From the NCBI GenBank assembly GCA_043228905.1, contig JBHGNT010000004.1, forward strand, positions 2,480,001 to 2,544,000: a stretch of DNA of 64,000 nucleotides, written 5' to 3'. Both the position numbers and the translations under genes were made by a program. The notes beneath the pieces are model-generated. The model saw nothing but the letters and a program-made list of their open reading frames with translations, did not search any database and was not told the DNA's origin. This DNA is from Azolla caroliniana (taxonomy: Eukaryota > Plantae > Polypodiophyta). Below are positions 11,349-20,767 of this stretch, in pieces. How positions within the stretch are numbered: position 1 is the stretch's first letter; each line of letters starts with the position of its first letter.

Positions 11349-14261
11349 TCATTGTTCACCCAAATTGTCCAAAATACTTGGTTCACGAATTTCCACTTGT
11401 TCTTCCGGTTGTGGTTGTTGCGGCTGTGCTTGCTGCTGCTGTGGTTGAGGTTGGGACTGAGGCTGCTCCGGCTGCTCTGCTTGCTGCTGCTGCTCCGTTT
11501 GCTTCGCTGACTCCGGCTGCTCCGTTTGTCTCTCTGGCTCCGGCATCTCCGTCTGACTGCTTCCGGTCCGGTCTCCTTCCAGTAACGGTTCCTCATCACT
11601 GAGGTTGACCGTAACTGGTTCTCGTTCTTTCTCTCCCCGGATCCGGGACCTCTCGTAGCTTTCAAACTGGATCTGTGCCTCTAGCCTGTCGTCGTCCAGC
11701 TGAGCTACAAGTTGCCGGACTTGCTCTAATTGGTCTTCTGCCAAGGCTTGAAAGTCTTCGGCAAGCTCATCTCTTATGCCGGTGAAGTCTTCGGAAGTTA
11801 GCATATAGCAATCATCTCCCTCCTTCCGCCGGTTCTCTACGTCAGCCCGGAGCAATTGGAGTTCCGCCGCGTTCGTGGCCCACTTGGTCCACCATTTGAC
11901 GGAACCGTTGTCAATCAAGCTCTTGGTCTGGTTCAACCAGGCCCGCATTATATCTTGGATGCGACTTGCTCCCATTTGAGCTCTGCTTTCCACCACTTGT
12001 CGCTCCTCCTTCAACTGCTTGATGAGGTTTGCCGTATCCTCCGCCTGCTCTCTGTAGCGCGTCAGCTGCCCTTGATATGTCGTTTGCAGCCTCTGCAGTA
12101 CCTCCGCCGCTCTTTCTTTTTCCGCCTGCTGTTGCCTGAGGAGCTCTGTCCGAACCTTCTCCGCCTCTTCCAACCGTCTTCTGTTTTCCGCTTGTTCCTT
12201 GGCGAATGCGGTTGCGGTCCGATCAACTGCTTGCCGGAGCTCATCCGTCCGTTCCTTGTGCTCCGTTTGCAACCGTTTATACTCCCGGTGCAATTGCTCA
12301 AATTCCTCCGTTTTTTGTTTGAGCTTGCCGTTGATCTGGCGCTGGTTCCGGTCCTCCCGGTCCTTTACCTGCCGGAGTTCCTCTTTCAGGCGCTCTACTT
12401 CTGTTTCGGCGATCCTCCGGAGCTTGTCCTTCTCTTGCAGCATTTTCTCCTTTTCCTCCTTGAGCCGGTCGTACACTTGGTGGCCTTTCCGTAAGCTCTC
12501 CTCGGCCCGGCGTAGATTCTCCGCAGTCTTTTTGAGTTCCGCCTCCGCTGCCGTCTTCAATTCTCTTTCGCGGCTCCTCAGCGCTTCTTGGGCAGCAAGC
12601 TCATCCTTTAAATCTGCAAGCTCTTGGGCTTGTGCCGCATTTCTCTCCGGAACGGTTTCCGTTGCCGGGGTCTGATTGCTATGTACAGGTTGATCTGCCG
12701 TTGTATTCTGTACATTGCCCGGAGTCACCGGTGCTTGGACTTGTGTTGTCAAAGCCACTTGCGCCATTTCCCTTGTGACCCTGTCCAAGTCTTGTTCAAG
12801 GCTCCGGATTCTGGACCGGGCCGTCTCTAGATCTACGGTTGTGACGAGCAACCGTTCCTGGTGCGCTCTCTCTTCCACCTCTATATACTCGACCACTCCG
12901 GCGATTTGCTCGCCTACCCACCGTAGCCACATGCTACTGGTGCCTTGTTGCTGTACTGGTCGGGTCGGCTCATTCCCTGTGGAATTGTCTGGCCTGAGTG
13001 CCTGCATGTGCCGTTCTGGTTCTACTCCTTGGCCGCCGTGTGCTCTGGCTGGGCTCGCCGGCTGTTGAGTTCCGGTTCTCGCCGTCTCCGGAGCCGTTGG
13101 ACTGACTTCTTCTATAGAAGTCGACAAGACCGGTTCTCTACGCACCGGTTCCGGTTCTTCCCTTGTGGTTTGCTCAGGTTGAGTTGGGGGCGTTTCTGCC
13201 TCTCGCGGGTACGACCGCTCCCCTCCTGTCTCGGCGGTCCTACTTCTTGACCGTCGTTGGAGGTGCTCTTCTGGCTCCTCCGTTTCCTCTTCCTGTGTCA
13301 CGGCATGTTTCTGTGCCGTCAAGGGTTCCGGTTCCTTCTGTCCTGGTCTCCGTAAGGTTATCTTGACGGGTCGGACCGGTGACACCTCCTCCGGTTCTGG
13401 GGCCCGTTTCTTCCCTTTCGTCGCCTTCGACGCCAGCAGCTGCTGTCGTTTGGACGCCGGCTTCGAGGTGCTTCCTTCCGATACTCTTGGCCGCTTCTTT
13501 GGCTGGACGGTCTCGACCGGCGGCACGAGCAATGTTATCCATTGAGCTACGGCGTGCCACAGCTTCCGGCCCTCCTTGCCGTCCTTCCCTCGTACCATGT
13601 CGATTGCCATGCACAACCCGTCTGCAATCAACACCGGCCAGTCCACCTTGACCCCTTCATAGGTGGCTATGATCATCCCTGCCCGATTTTTTGGCATGAC
13701 AGGGGGTCGGGGGTACACGTGACCGTACTCATGGAGCACTCGAGCTATCTCCCTGAATAGCGGATCTTCGCCGCCCTGCGTCCGATAGCCTTTGCCGGCA
13801 ACAGAGTACTCACCGAAATATCGGGTGAGTTGCTCCGAGGTTGGGTTATCGATCTGAAAGATTCCTCCCTCCGGAAGTCCTGTTAGCGCGCGGATCGCTT
13901 CCTCGGTGATGACCTCTGTGGCGAGCTCCTTGATGACCCGGTCGGCTTCTCTGTGCGGCGGTGCCTCCATGATGGCCAAGAACCCCTCCAGTCCGTTTTG
14001 CCTGAACCATTTCCTGGCCGCCTCCGACAGCGTTTGTGGTTCCATGTCTGCCTCAAGGTCGAGGGAAGATGGCGAGGTAGAGTGGTGATGAGAGTGAGAG
14101 CGAGAGAGAGAGCGTTCTGAGCGCGGGGGTTCTCTGCGTGCAGGTTCGCGTTTGCTCAGCTTCCACTGTCTTGGTGCTTCTGTGCTTCTTGGCTCGCGAA
14201 ATGAAAAGGTCTCCATGCGTTCTGCTTCTTCTTTGTGCGTTTTGGCGCCTTTTTCGAGCAT
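11349..14261 (-). CDS. Extra ORF downstream of pol (~970 aa from first ATG): N-terminal globular domain resembling Athila-ORF1/plant-transposon (PF20167-like) domains, basic patch, long coiled coil, Q/P tail
   Basis: Uninterrupted ORF on the same strand as pol; ITEEAIRALTGLPEGG and GVKVDWPVLIADGL motifs; long E/K/R/Q heptad region; no obvious TM helix. The ORF is seen directly, the domain label is inferred. Confidence 0.85.
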   Translation of the reverse strand: MLEKGAKTHKEEAERMETFSFREPRSTEAPRQWKLSKREPARREPPRSERSLSRSHSHHHSTSPSSLDLEADMEPQTLSEAARKWFRQNGLEGFLAIMEAPPHREADRVIKELATEVITEEAIRALTGLPEGGIFQIDNPTSEQLTRYFGEYSVAGKGYRTQGGEDPLFREIARVLHEYGHVYPRPPVMPKNRAGMIIATYEGVKVDWPVLIADGLCMAIDMVRGKDGKEGRKLWHAVAQWITLLVPPVETVQPKKRPRVSEGSTSKPASKRQQLLASKATKGKKRAPEPEEVSPVRPVKITLRRPGQKEPEPLTAQKHAVTQEEETEEPEEHLQRRSRSRTAETGGERSYPREAETPPTQPEQTTREEPEPVRREPVLSTSIEEVSPTAPETARTGTQQPASPARAHGGQGVEPERHMQALRPDNSTGNEPTRPVQQQGTSSMWLRWVGEQIAGVVEYIEVEERAHQERLLVTTVDLETARSRIRSLEQDLDRVTREMAQVALTTQVQAPVTPGNVQNTTADQPVHSNQTPATETVPERNAAQAQELADLKDELAAQEALRSRERELKTAAEAELKKTAENLRRAEESLRKGHQVYDRLKEEKEKMLQEKDKLRRIAETEVERLKEELRQVKDREDRNQRQINGKLKQKTEEFEQLHREYKRLQTEHKERTDELRQAVDRTATAFAKEQAENRRRLEEAEKVRTELLRQQQAEKERAAEVLQRLQTTYQGQLTRYREQAEDTANLIKQLKEERQVVESRAQMGASRIQDIMRAWLNQTKSLIDNGSVKWWTKWATNAAELQLLRADVENRRKEGDDCYMLTSEDFTGIRDELAEDFQALAEDQLEQVRQLVAQLDDDRLEAQIQFESYERSRIRGEKEREPVTVNLSDEEPLLEGDRTGSSQTEMPEPERQTEQPESAKQTEQQQQAEQPEQPQSQPQPQQQQAQPQQPQPEEQVEIREPSILDNLGEQ

Positions 14262-14437
14262 GCACACGTCGTGTACTAATTTAGTATTAAGTAGCGTGGC
14301 GTCTCTTAAATGCCCACTACGTACCTTTTCGCGCCTCGCTTTCACACCCGTTCATACCTCGATTTTTAATGATTTTTTTTTTATTTTATTTTATTTTATT
14401 TTATTATTTTATTTTTTTTTAATGACGGTGTGTGACT

Positions 14438-17400
14438 TTACACATCCGTAGGTCCCTTCGGACCCTGACCGTTTTCCTTACGGGTTGCCGTGTCTTCCTT
14501 CATCTCTACTACGGGTTCCCCGTCGTCTTTTTCTTCCGGATCGATCCGTACCGATCTCGGACAGGTTCCTGGTGTAGTGCCGGTAAGCTGCATAAACGGG
14601 TTCTTTGGCATCGGTCCTTGATAGGGCTTTAGTCGAAATCCATTCACCCACTTGCCTAGTACTTCCCCGGCAAGTGTCCCTATCTGATAGGACCCGTTGT
14701 ATTCCCGTGTCAGCCAATACGGGCCTGTCCATCTGAACCGGAGTTTACCCGGCATCTTGCCCATCCTCGTTTGGAATACTAGCACCGGCTTTCCGATTTC
14801 GAACATTTTCTCATTACCTTTCCGGTGACGGTCAACGAACGCTTTCCGTCGTCGTTGCTCCAGTTCCATGTGTAGGATGCTGGCCAGCCGTTGCTCCTCC
14901 AGTTCGCATAGTGCTGCTAGCCGCATTTCCTCCGACTTCTTTTCATTCAGCCGTTCCCGTAGTTGGATCCGTAAGCTTGGTACCTGAAACTCGACCGGCA
15001 TGACCGCTTCTAAGCCGAATGCTAACCGGAACGGCGTTGTCCGGATACTCGTTTTGTATGCCGTTCTGTACGCCCATAGCGCACTATGGAGCTTTGTGTC
15101 CCAGTCCGTCCGGTTTTCATTGACAATTTTGCGGAGAATGTTCTGCAGCGTTTTGTTGGTGGACTCTGCTAACCCGTTCGCTTGTGGGTAATACGGTGTG
15201 CTTCTTTTATGGACCACGGCATAGAACGTTGTTAAGCTTTCCACTACCTGGCCGAGGAAGTGGCCTCCTTGGTCGCTGATTAATTCAATCGGACATCCAT
15301 ATCGGCACCAAATGTTTTCGTACAGGAATTTTGCTGTGGATGCCGCGGTGTTGTCTCTCAGGGCCTTAGCTTCCACCCATTTAGTGCAATAATCCGTTGC
15401 CACGATGACATAACGATTACCCGTTCTCATTGCCGGTGGCTTGAACGGTCCGACAAAATCCAATCCCCACTTCTGGAATGGCTCTAGTGGAAGTACCGGT
15501 TGGTGTGGCATCCGTGCTTGCTCCGTAGGCTGGCCCATTCGTTGGCATAGGTCACATTCCTTAGCATACTTGACGGCATCTTTTAGCGTCGTGGGCCACC
15601 ATAAGCCACTCTGCCATACCTTTCTTGCCGTCGCTTCCCCGGCATAGTGTCCTCCGGCAACCCCACAGTGTGCTTCCCGTAAGATTACTTCTTTCTCGTC
15701 ACTACGGACTGCCCGTCTCCATATTCCATCTGCTCCTTTGTGGTAGAGAGTGTCCCGTAACAGACAGAAATTGCGGCTCTGCACCGCCAGTCGTTTCCTC
15801 TCGTCCCGGTTCATTTCCTCCGGTGGCAGGCCCGTGCTTAGGAACTGGTGCATGTTTGTCAGCCATTTATCTTCTGATGCCACCGTGTCGTCCGCTGCCG
15901 TTTCCGGGGTGATACGGAATAACTCCGCGTCCGGGAATTCATCCGCTACTCCGTCGCCTGGTTCTCCGGACTCTAACCGGCTCAGGTAGTCTGCTACGGC
16001 ATGCTGGATACCGGGCCGGTGGAAAATCTCGAATTCGAACTCCTGCAACAGCAAGGTCCAGCGGGCCAACTTACCGGTCAGGGACGCCTTGGAAACTAAG
16101 TACAGAAGCGCCGAGTGATCCACATGAAAGGAGAACTTCCTTCCCAATAGGTAGTGCCGAAACTTTGTGACACTGTAGATCATGCCGAGGGCCTCCCGTT
16201 CCGTCGTTGAATAGTTCTTCTCCGCTTGGGACAGCTTCCGGCTGGCGTAATATACCGGCCGGTACCATTTGGGCTCCGTAAGCTGCATTAAGGCGCTGCC
16301 AATCGCGATGTCGGACGCGTCCACGAACACGTGAAATTCCTTGCTCCAATCCGGAGGCTGCACGACAGGTGCTTGCGACAAAAGTACCTTCAGGGCATTG
16401 TATGCCTTATCCTCCGTCTCCGTCCATTGGAACGGTGTCCGATGTACCGCGGTGTGTAATGGTGTCGCCAAGTCCGCCAAGTGACGGAGCATCCGGCTGT
16501 GCCACCGGATTTGTCCTAAGAATCGGCTTAGTGCTTTGGCCGTTTTCGGCGCCGGTGCCCCTAGGATGGCGTTTACTTTGTCCGGGTCGACCGCAATGCC
16601 CTCCTTACTTACGATGTGTCCCAGCAATATTCCACTTGACACCCCAAAGATGCATTTTGCTGGGTTTAAGCTTAGCCGGTATAACCTGCACTTTTCAAGG
16701 CATAACCGTAGGTGTTGCAAATGGTCTTTTCCCCGGCTATAGACTGCAAAATCATCCAGGAAAACTTGCATGAAGGCAGGAATGTATTCGCCGAAGATCT
16801 CCATGATGATTCGCTGGAACGTTGCTGGTGCCGTTTTTAGGCCGAACATCATGACTTCGGCCACAAACACCCCCCATTCGGTGACGAACGCTGTCTTTTC
16901 CTGGTCGTCCGGGTGCATCCGGATTTGATTGTACCCGCTGAACCCGTCTAAAAAGCTATAAACTTCATGACCGGCGACGGCATCCAGTACTCCGTCCGTG
17001 AACGGAAGAGGGAATGCATCCGTAATTGTGGCGGCATTTAGTTTCCTGTAATCAACACACACACGGATTTTACCGTTCTTCTTGGGGACGACGACGATGG
17101 GGCTCAGCCACGTCGCTTTCTTTACCGGCCGGATGAAGCCCACTCTTAGGAGTTTGTCGATTTCCTCTTTTACTTTGGCGGCGTAGTTGGGGTTCATTCG
17201 GTATCGTCGTTGCGCCACTGGTTTCGCGTCCTTGCCTAAGTGGATCTGATGCTGATATAATTGAGGGTCCAGCCCTCGCATGTCTTCGTATGACCAGGCG
17301 AATACGTCGCGAAACTCCGTGAGAAGTTTGATCATCGCCGCTTTATCTTCCGGCTTCATTTCTTTGGCGATGTGTACCGGCTTTGATTCGTCTTTGCTTC

Positions 17401-20290
17401 CTAGGTTCACTTCGTCAAGCTGGGATGCTTTTACCCGTTGGGAAACGGCCATTTCCCGTTCCAACGCTTCCTGTGCTTGCCGTAATTCCCGAATCGCCTC
17501 TTTGTCTGGTTCGGCTTCGGTGTCGTCCCGCTGCGGCAAGTATGCGGCTACGGCTTCAGCTACGTCAATCTCGAAGAGTGGTACGATCTTCGGATGTTCC
17601 TCCAAGTACTGGGCTTCTTCGTCGTCCGCCAATCCTTCAAGCATGTTCACACATTCCGCATACAGCGGTGTGCATTCCTTACCGTTGCTCGTCCGTGGTT
17701 GTGTCGTTACCCGGACCTTGGCTTTTCCGCGCCGGAAGGTAATCATATTTTTTCGCCAATTTTGCTTGATGTGTGCTGTTTTCAACCATGGTCTGCCCAG
17801 CAGCAGTGGGTACGCGCCTTGCGCCTGTAGCTGCAGCACTACAGCCGAGATGTGAAATGTGTGACCTCCTATGGTGACTTCCAATTTCCGTATTAAGCCC
17901 GTCGGTCGTACCGAACTCGTATCCGCCATCCGTAGCCAGAACGGGCATGGCTCCCATTCATGTATTCCCAAGGCATCACACGTACGGAGGCTTATTACGT
18001 TCACTCCGGAACCTCCATCGATTACTGTGCCGGGAAGTTCGTGCCCTTTGACAATAGCTGTGATCACCGGACTACTAGTGTCCACCACCGTCGGTCCCTC
18101 CTCCGGGTTCGAGAAGAGGACTGGTGCCGGTGGGGCTATGCCGTCTGTCATGCCCGTTTTCAGCCCTTCCGTAAATCGCGGCACGAGCTGCAAGAGTCTT
18201 CCTAACGGCAACGTGATCTGACATTCTTGCAGTGCTTGCCATGTCTCGTTTTCTGGGTGGCTACCGCCGGCACTCCCTATGCTATTTGCCTTTTGCCGTT
18301 CCGCGTCCGCGACGTTCTTTTCATTGGCTTCCTTCACCCATTCCGTCGCCTGTTTTCGTATGGCCTCTTGTGTTTCCCACTCTTTGGCCATGCCTTTCGA
18401 CCGTGTGGTTACTTGCTGTAAATCCGCCACTTCCGGAACCACCATATTAACTGCTGGTCGTTTCTCGTAGCTCTTTACCGGGCACTGGTTACTGTAGTGG
18501 CCTTCCTGCCTGCAGTAGTAGCAGTACTCTTTACGGGTATTGCTGGATTCAGCATTGCTGTTAGCCGGAGTCGGTCCCGTAGCGAGTGGTGCGTTCTGTG
18601 CCGGTTGGCTCCTTGGGGTTCCATGTTCCGGGTCCCTAGGGTGACCACCTTTCTTGAAATTACGTTTCTTATTATTCTTATGTTTATTTCGGTAGTCCAG
18701 TCGTGGTGGATCGTAAAATCGGCCGTAGTCCTCCTGGTGCCTTCGGTAACCAGGGGAATGGTCTCTGTCGTATTGCTCGTGTCGCCTGTTGGGCTCTCGA
18801 TAACGGTCCGATCGCTCATACCGGTCGTAGTTATCACGCCGATTCCCGTACCGGCCATCATTCTCTTGCCTGTCTCCGTACCGGACATCCTGTGCCGGTC
18901 GGTACCGGTTCATTTTTTGCCAACGATCTTCCTCTTCGTCTTGGCTGCTTCTTGGCTCGATTCGTCGGACGGGTGGTGCTTGTCGGTTTAACAGGTTATA
19001 CTCGCACCGGTCCGTTGTATGACTCTTGGATTGACAAATCACACACTGAGTGCGCATGGTGCACTCTACTGCCGAGTGTCCGGCGTTCAAGCAGATTGTG
19101 CATTGAATTGCCTGCCGGAACCGGAGATCTTCCTCGGTGGGTAACGCCCGTTGCAGTGTTCCCAGCGTAAGCCATGAGCTTGTCTTTTCCATTTCTCTGA
19201 CCCGGTCAATGACCTGATCGATGGTGCATCCTCGAAAGTCGATCACCGTACACACCGTGCGTAACGGTTCTCGGAGTGCGTTTAAAAATATCGTCCGTAA
19301 TTCCTCCTCCGGGGGTGCACGGGCAAGCTGGCTATGCATCCGTTGGAAACGGATGACGAATTGGGGAATGCTTTCCCCTGCCTCCTGCCGGATCGTATAA
19401 AACAGGCCCACCATTGTCGTCTGGTCGACCTCCTTGTGGAAAAAATGCAAGAATTTTGCTTTTAATTCTGCAAATGTTGTGATGGTCGCCGGGTCCTGCG
19501 ACCGCCGCCATCGTGTCGCTGGTCCCTCCAACGTGACTCCGAATTCCGCTATCTTCGAGCGTTCTTCTTCCTCCGGTGTCATTCGCTGGGACGTGTGATT
19601 TGCTTCCCATGTCTGCTCGAAGTCATCCACATGCGCTTCCGCATCCGGATCATCGCGGTACTTTGAGTATTGGAACGGCATGTCGTCGTCCAGTATTAAG
19701 CCGCGGTTTAGTGGCGTTTGTTGATATTTTTCCGGTTCTTTCTCCGGTTCCACTTCCAGTTCTTTTGCCGGTCCTTTTTTCGGCTCTTCTTCCGGTACCT
19801 TTGCCGGTCCGTTCGTCGGTGTTGGTGGCTTTGCTTCTTCCACTTCCGGTGTTGGTGGGTTGACGGCTTCCGTTTGCGGTTCCGGATAGCCCTGGTTGAG
19901 CGGTTCCGGTTCTGGAGTCGGCACGGTATCTGACCCGTCGTCTTCCGGGCCGCCGGGGGTATCGTTGCTGCTCCGGTAGTTCGTGTGCACGCTGTATCCC
20001 CCTTCGGAATCCGATTCGTAGGCTGAAAAGGCTTCTGCCTCGTTTTCTCCGCTTGCCAGCGCCTCCAGGAGTCGTTCGGTTTCCCGGAGACTACTTAGAC
20101 TGCTTCCGTCGTCCTGGTCGCGAGTTTGCCGTAACCGGAGAGATTCCTCCGCGACTCTCCGGATCTCGTTGGAGAACGAACGATCCGAGCGAATTTCCTG
20201 CGCTGCTTGCTGGAAAGTCTCACGCCGTCTTTGCCGTTCGGCGATGCGTCGAGCTCGGTCTGTAACCAAGTCGTGCGTTGGTCTAGTCAT
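14438..20290 (-). CDS. Gypsy gag-pol polyprotein (1950 aa): gag with three CCHC knuckles, protease, RT, RNase H, integrase
   Basis: VIDGGSGVN, LDGFSGYNQI, VFLDDF, VDASD, HHCC zinc finger, GLDFVGP, SDQG, WTGPY; no stops or frameshifts. Confidence 0.97.
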   Translation of the reverse strand: MTRPTHDLVTDRARRIAERQRRRETFQQAAQEIRSDRSFSNEIRRVAEESLRLRQTRDQDDGSSLSSLRETERLLEALASGENEAEAFSAYESDSEGGYSVHTNYRSSNDTPGGPEDDGSDTVPTPEPEPLNQGYPEPQTEAVNPPTPEVEEAKPPTPTNGPAKVPEEEPKKGPAKELEVEPEKEPEKYQQTPLNRGLILDDDMPFQYSKYRDDPDAEAHVDDFEQTWEANHTSQRMTPEEEERSKIAEFGVTLEGPATRWRRSQDPATITTFAELKAKFLHFFHKEVDQTTMVGLFYTIRQEAGESIPQFVIRFQRMHSQLARAPPEEELRTIFLNALREPLRTVCTVIDFRGCTIDQVIDRVREMEKTSSWLTLGTLQRALPTEEDLRFRQAIQCTICLNAGHSAVECTMRTQCVICQSKSHTTDRCEYNLLNRQAPPVRRIEPRSSQDEEEDRWQKMNRYRPAQDVRYGDRQENDGRYGNRRDNYDRYERSDRYREPNRRHEQYDRDHSPGYRRHQEDYGRFYDPPRLDYRNKHKNNKKRNFKKGGHPRDPEHGTPRSQPAQNAPLATGPTPANSNAESSNTRKEYCYYCRQEGHYSNQCPVKSYEKRPAVNMVVPEVADLQQVTTRSKGMAKEWETQEAIRKQATEWVKEANEKNVADAERQKANSIGSAGGSHPENETWQALQECQITLPLGRLLQLVPRFTEGLKTGMTDGIAPPAPVLFSNPEEGPTVVDTSSPVITAIVKGHELPGTVIDGGSGVNVISLRTCDALGIHEWEPCPFWLRMADTSSVRPTGLIRKLEVTIGGHTFHISAVVLQLQAQGAYPLLLGRPWLKTAHIKQNWRKNMITFRRGKAKVRVTTQPRTSNGKECTPLYAECVNMLEGLADDEEAQYLEEHPKIVPLFEIDVAEAVAAYLPQRDDTEAEPDKEAIRELRQAQEALEREMAVSQRVKASQLDEVNLGSKDESKPVHIAKEMKPEDKAAMIKLLTEFRDVFAWSYEDMRGLDPQLYQHQIHLGKDAKPVAQRRYRMNPNYAAKVKEEIDKLLRVGFIRPVKKATWLSPIVVVPKKNGKIRVCVDYRKLNAATITDAFPLPFTDGVLDAVAGHEVYSFLDGFSGYNQIRMHPDDQEKTAFVTEWGVFVAEVMMFGLKTAPATFQRIIMEIFGEYIPAFMQVFLDDFAVYSRGKDHLQHLRLCLEKCRLYRLSLNPAKCIFGVSSGILLGHIVSKEGIAVDPDKVNAILGAPAPKTAKALSRFLGQIRWHSRMLRHLADLATPLHTAVHRTPFQWTETEDKAYNALKVLLSQAPVVQPPDWSKEFHVFVDASDIAIGSALMQLTEPKWYRPVYYASRKLSQAEKNYSTTEREALGMIYSVTKFRHYLLGRKFSFHVDHSALLYLVSKASLTGKLARWTLLLQEFEFEIFHRPGIQHAVADYLSRLESGEPGDGVADEFPDAELFRITPETAADDTVASEDKWLTNMHQFLSTGLPPEEMNRDERKRLAVQSRNFCLLRDTLYHKGADGIWRRAVRSDEKEVILREAHCGVAGGHYAGEATARKVWQSGLWWPTTLKDAVKYAKECDLCQRMGQPTEQARMPHQPVLPLEPFQKWGLDFVGPFKPPAMRTGNRYVIVATDYCTKWVEAKALRDNTAASTAKFLYENIWCRYGCPIELISDQGGHFLGQVVESLTTFYAVVHKRSTPYYPQANGLAESTNKTLQNILRKIVNENRTDWDTKLHSALWAYRTAYKTSIRTTPFRLAFGLEAVMPVEFQVPSLRIQLRERLNEKKSEEMRLAALCELEEQRLASILHMELEQRRRKAFVDRHRKGNEKMFEIGKPVLVFQTRMGKMPGKLRFRWTGPYWLTREYNGSYQIGTLAGEVLGKWVNGFRLKPYQGPMPKNPFMQLTGTTPGTCPRSVRIDPEEKDDGEPVVEMKEDTATRKENGQGPKGPTDV

Positions 20291-20325
20291 CCATTACCGT
20301 CGTTCGCTGCGAGAAAGCAGGAATC

Positions 20326-20335
20326 GTGGTCGCCA
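20326..20335 (-). other. Primer-binding site of gypsy element (probably tRNA-Arg)
   Basis: TGGCGACCAC on minus strand, 6 nt inside the 5' LTR; tRNA identity is recalled, not searched. Confidence 0.7.
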
Positions 20336-20341
20336 AAACTG

Positions 20342-20762
20342 TGTTATTCTCTTAGCCGGACAAGGCCTAACACAAGGTGTCACGGAGACACTTCACCAAA
20401 GGGTGATTACGGCATAGGATTAAGATTCAACGATTACACCGACTTACGTAGGTTACACGATTAGATTGCTTTGGTTAATTACACGCGTAAGATATAACAG
20501 TGATTACAGAACGGAAATCAAGACAGAAGTATAAACATCAGAATCTCTATTAATTATCCGCTTCTCATTACAATGGGGTCCGGGCCTTTAAATAGGTTTC
20601 CGGCCCGTAGTACAAAACGGTGCTTCTCGCACCTATTCGGGATCCGTCCGGATCTGGAACGGCATACCGTTTCCAGTCCGTCCGTCCACACTATGCTCAT
20701 TTACAACCATATCTAATTAATTCCTTCACTCCGTATTTTGGACTCCTTGCCGGCCGGTAACA
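20342..20762 (-). repeat. 5' LTR of gypsy element
   Basis: 421-bp TG...CA repeat followed by TSD GACGG. Confidence 0.96.
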
Positions 20763-20767
20763 GACGG

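Larger units (their letters stand above)
10876..20762 (-). mobile_element. Ty3/gypsy non-chromovirus (Athila/Tat-related) LTR retrotransposon, 9887 bp, with extra 3' ORF, nested in LINE ORF2
   Basis: 421-bp LTRs TGTTA...TAACA with no mismatch seen; TSD GACGG (10871-10875, 20763-20767); PBS TGGCGACCAC; single gag-pol ORF; no chromodomain. Confidence 0.97.

Noticed and set aside
11349-14345. Retroviral-type env gene
   Set aside because: No signal peptide or transmembrane stretch visible; the protein is highly charged and coiled-coil.
4513-20464. Numerous plus-strand and alternate-frame ORFs within the two LTR elements
   Set aside because: Shadow ORFs of GC-rich coding sequence with no recognisable motifs.
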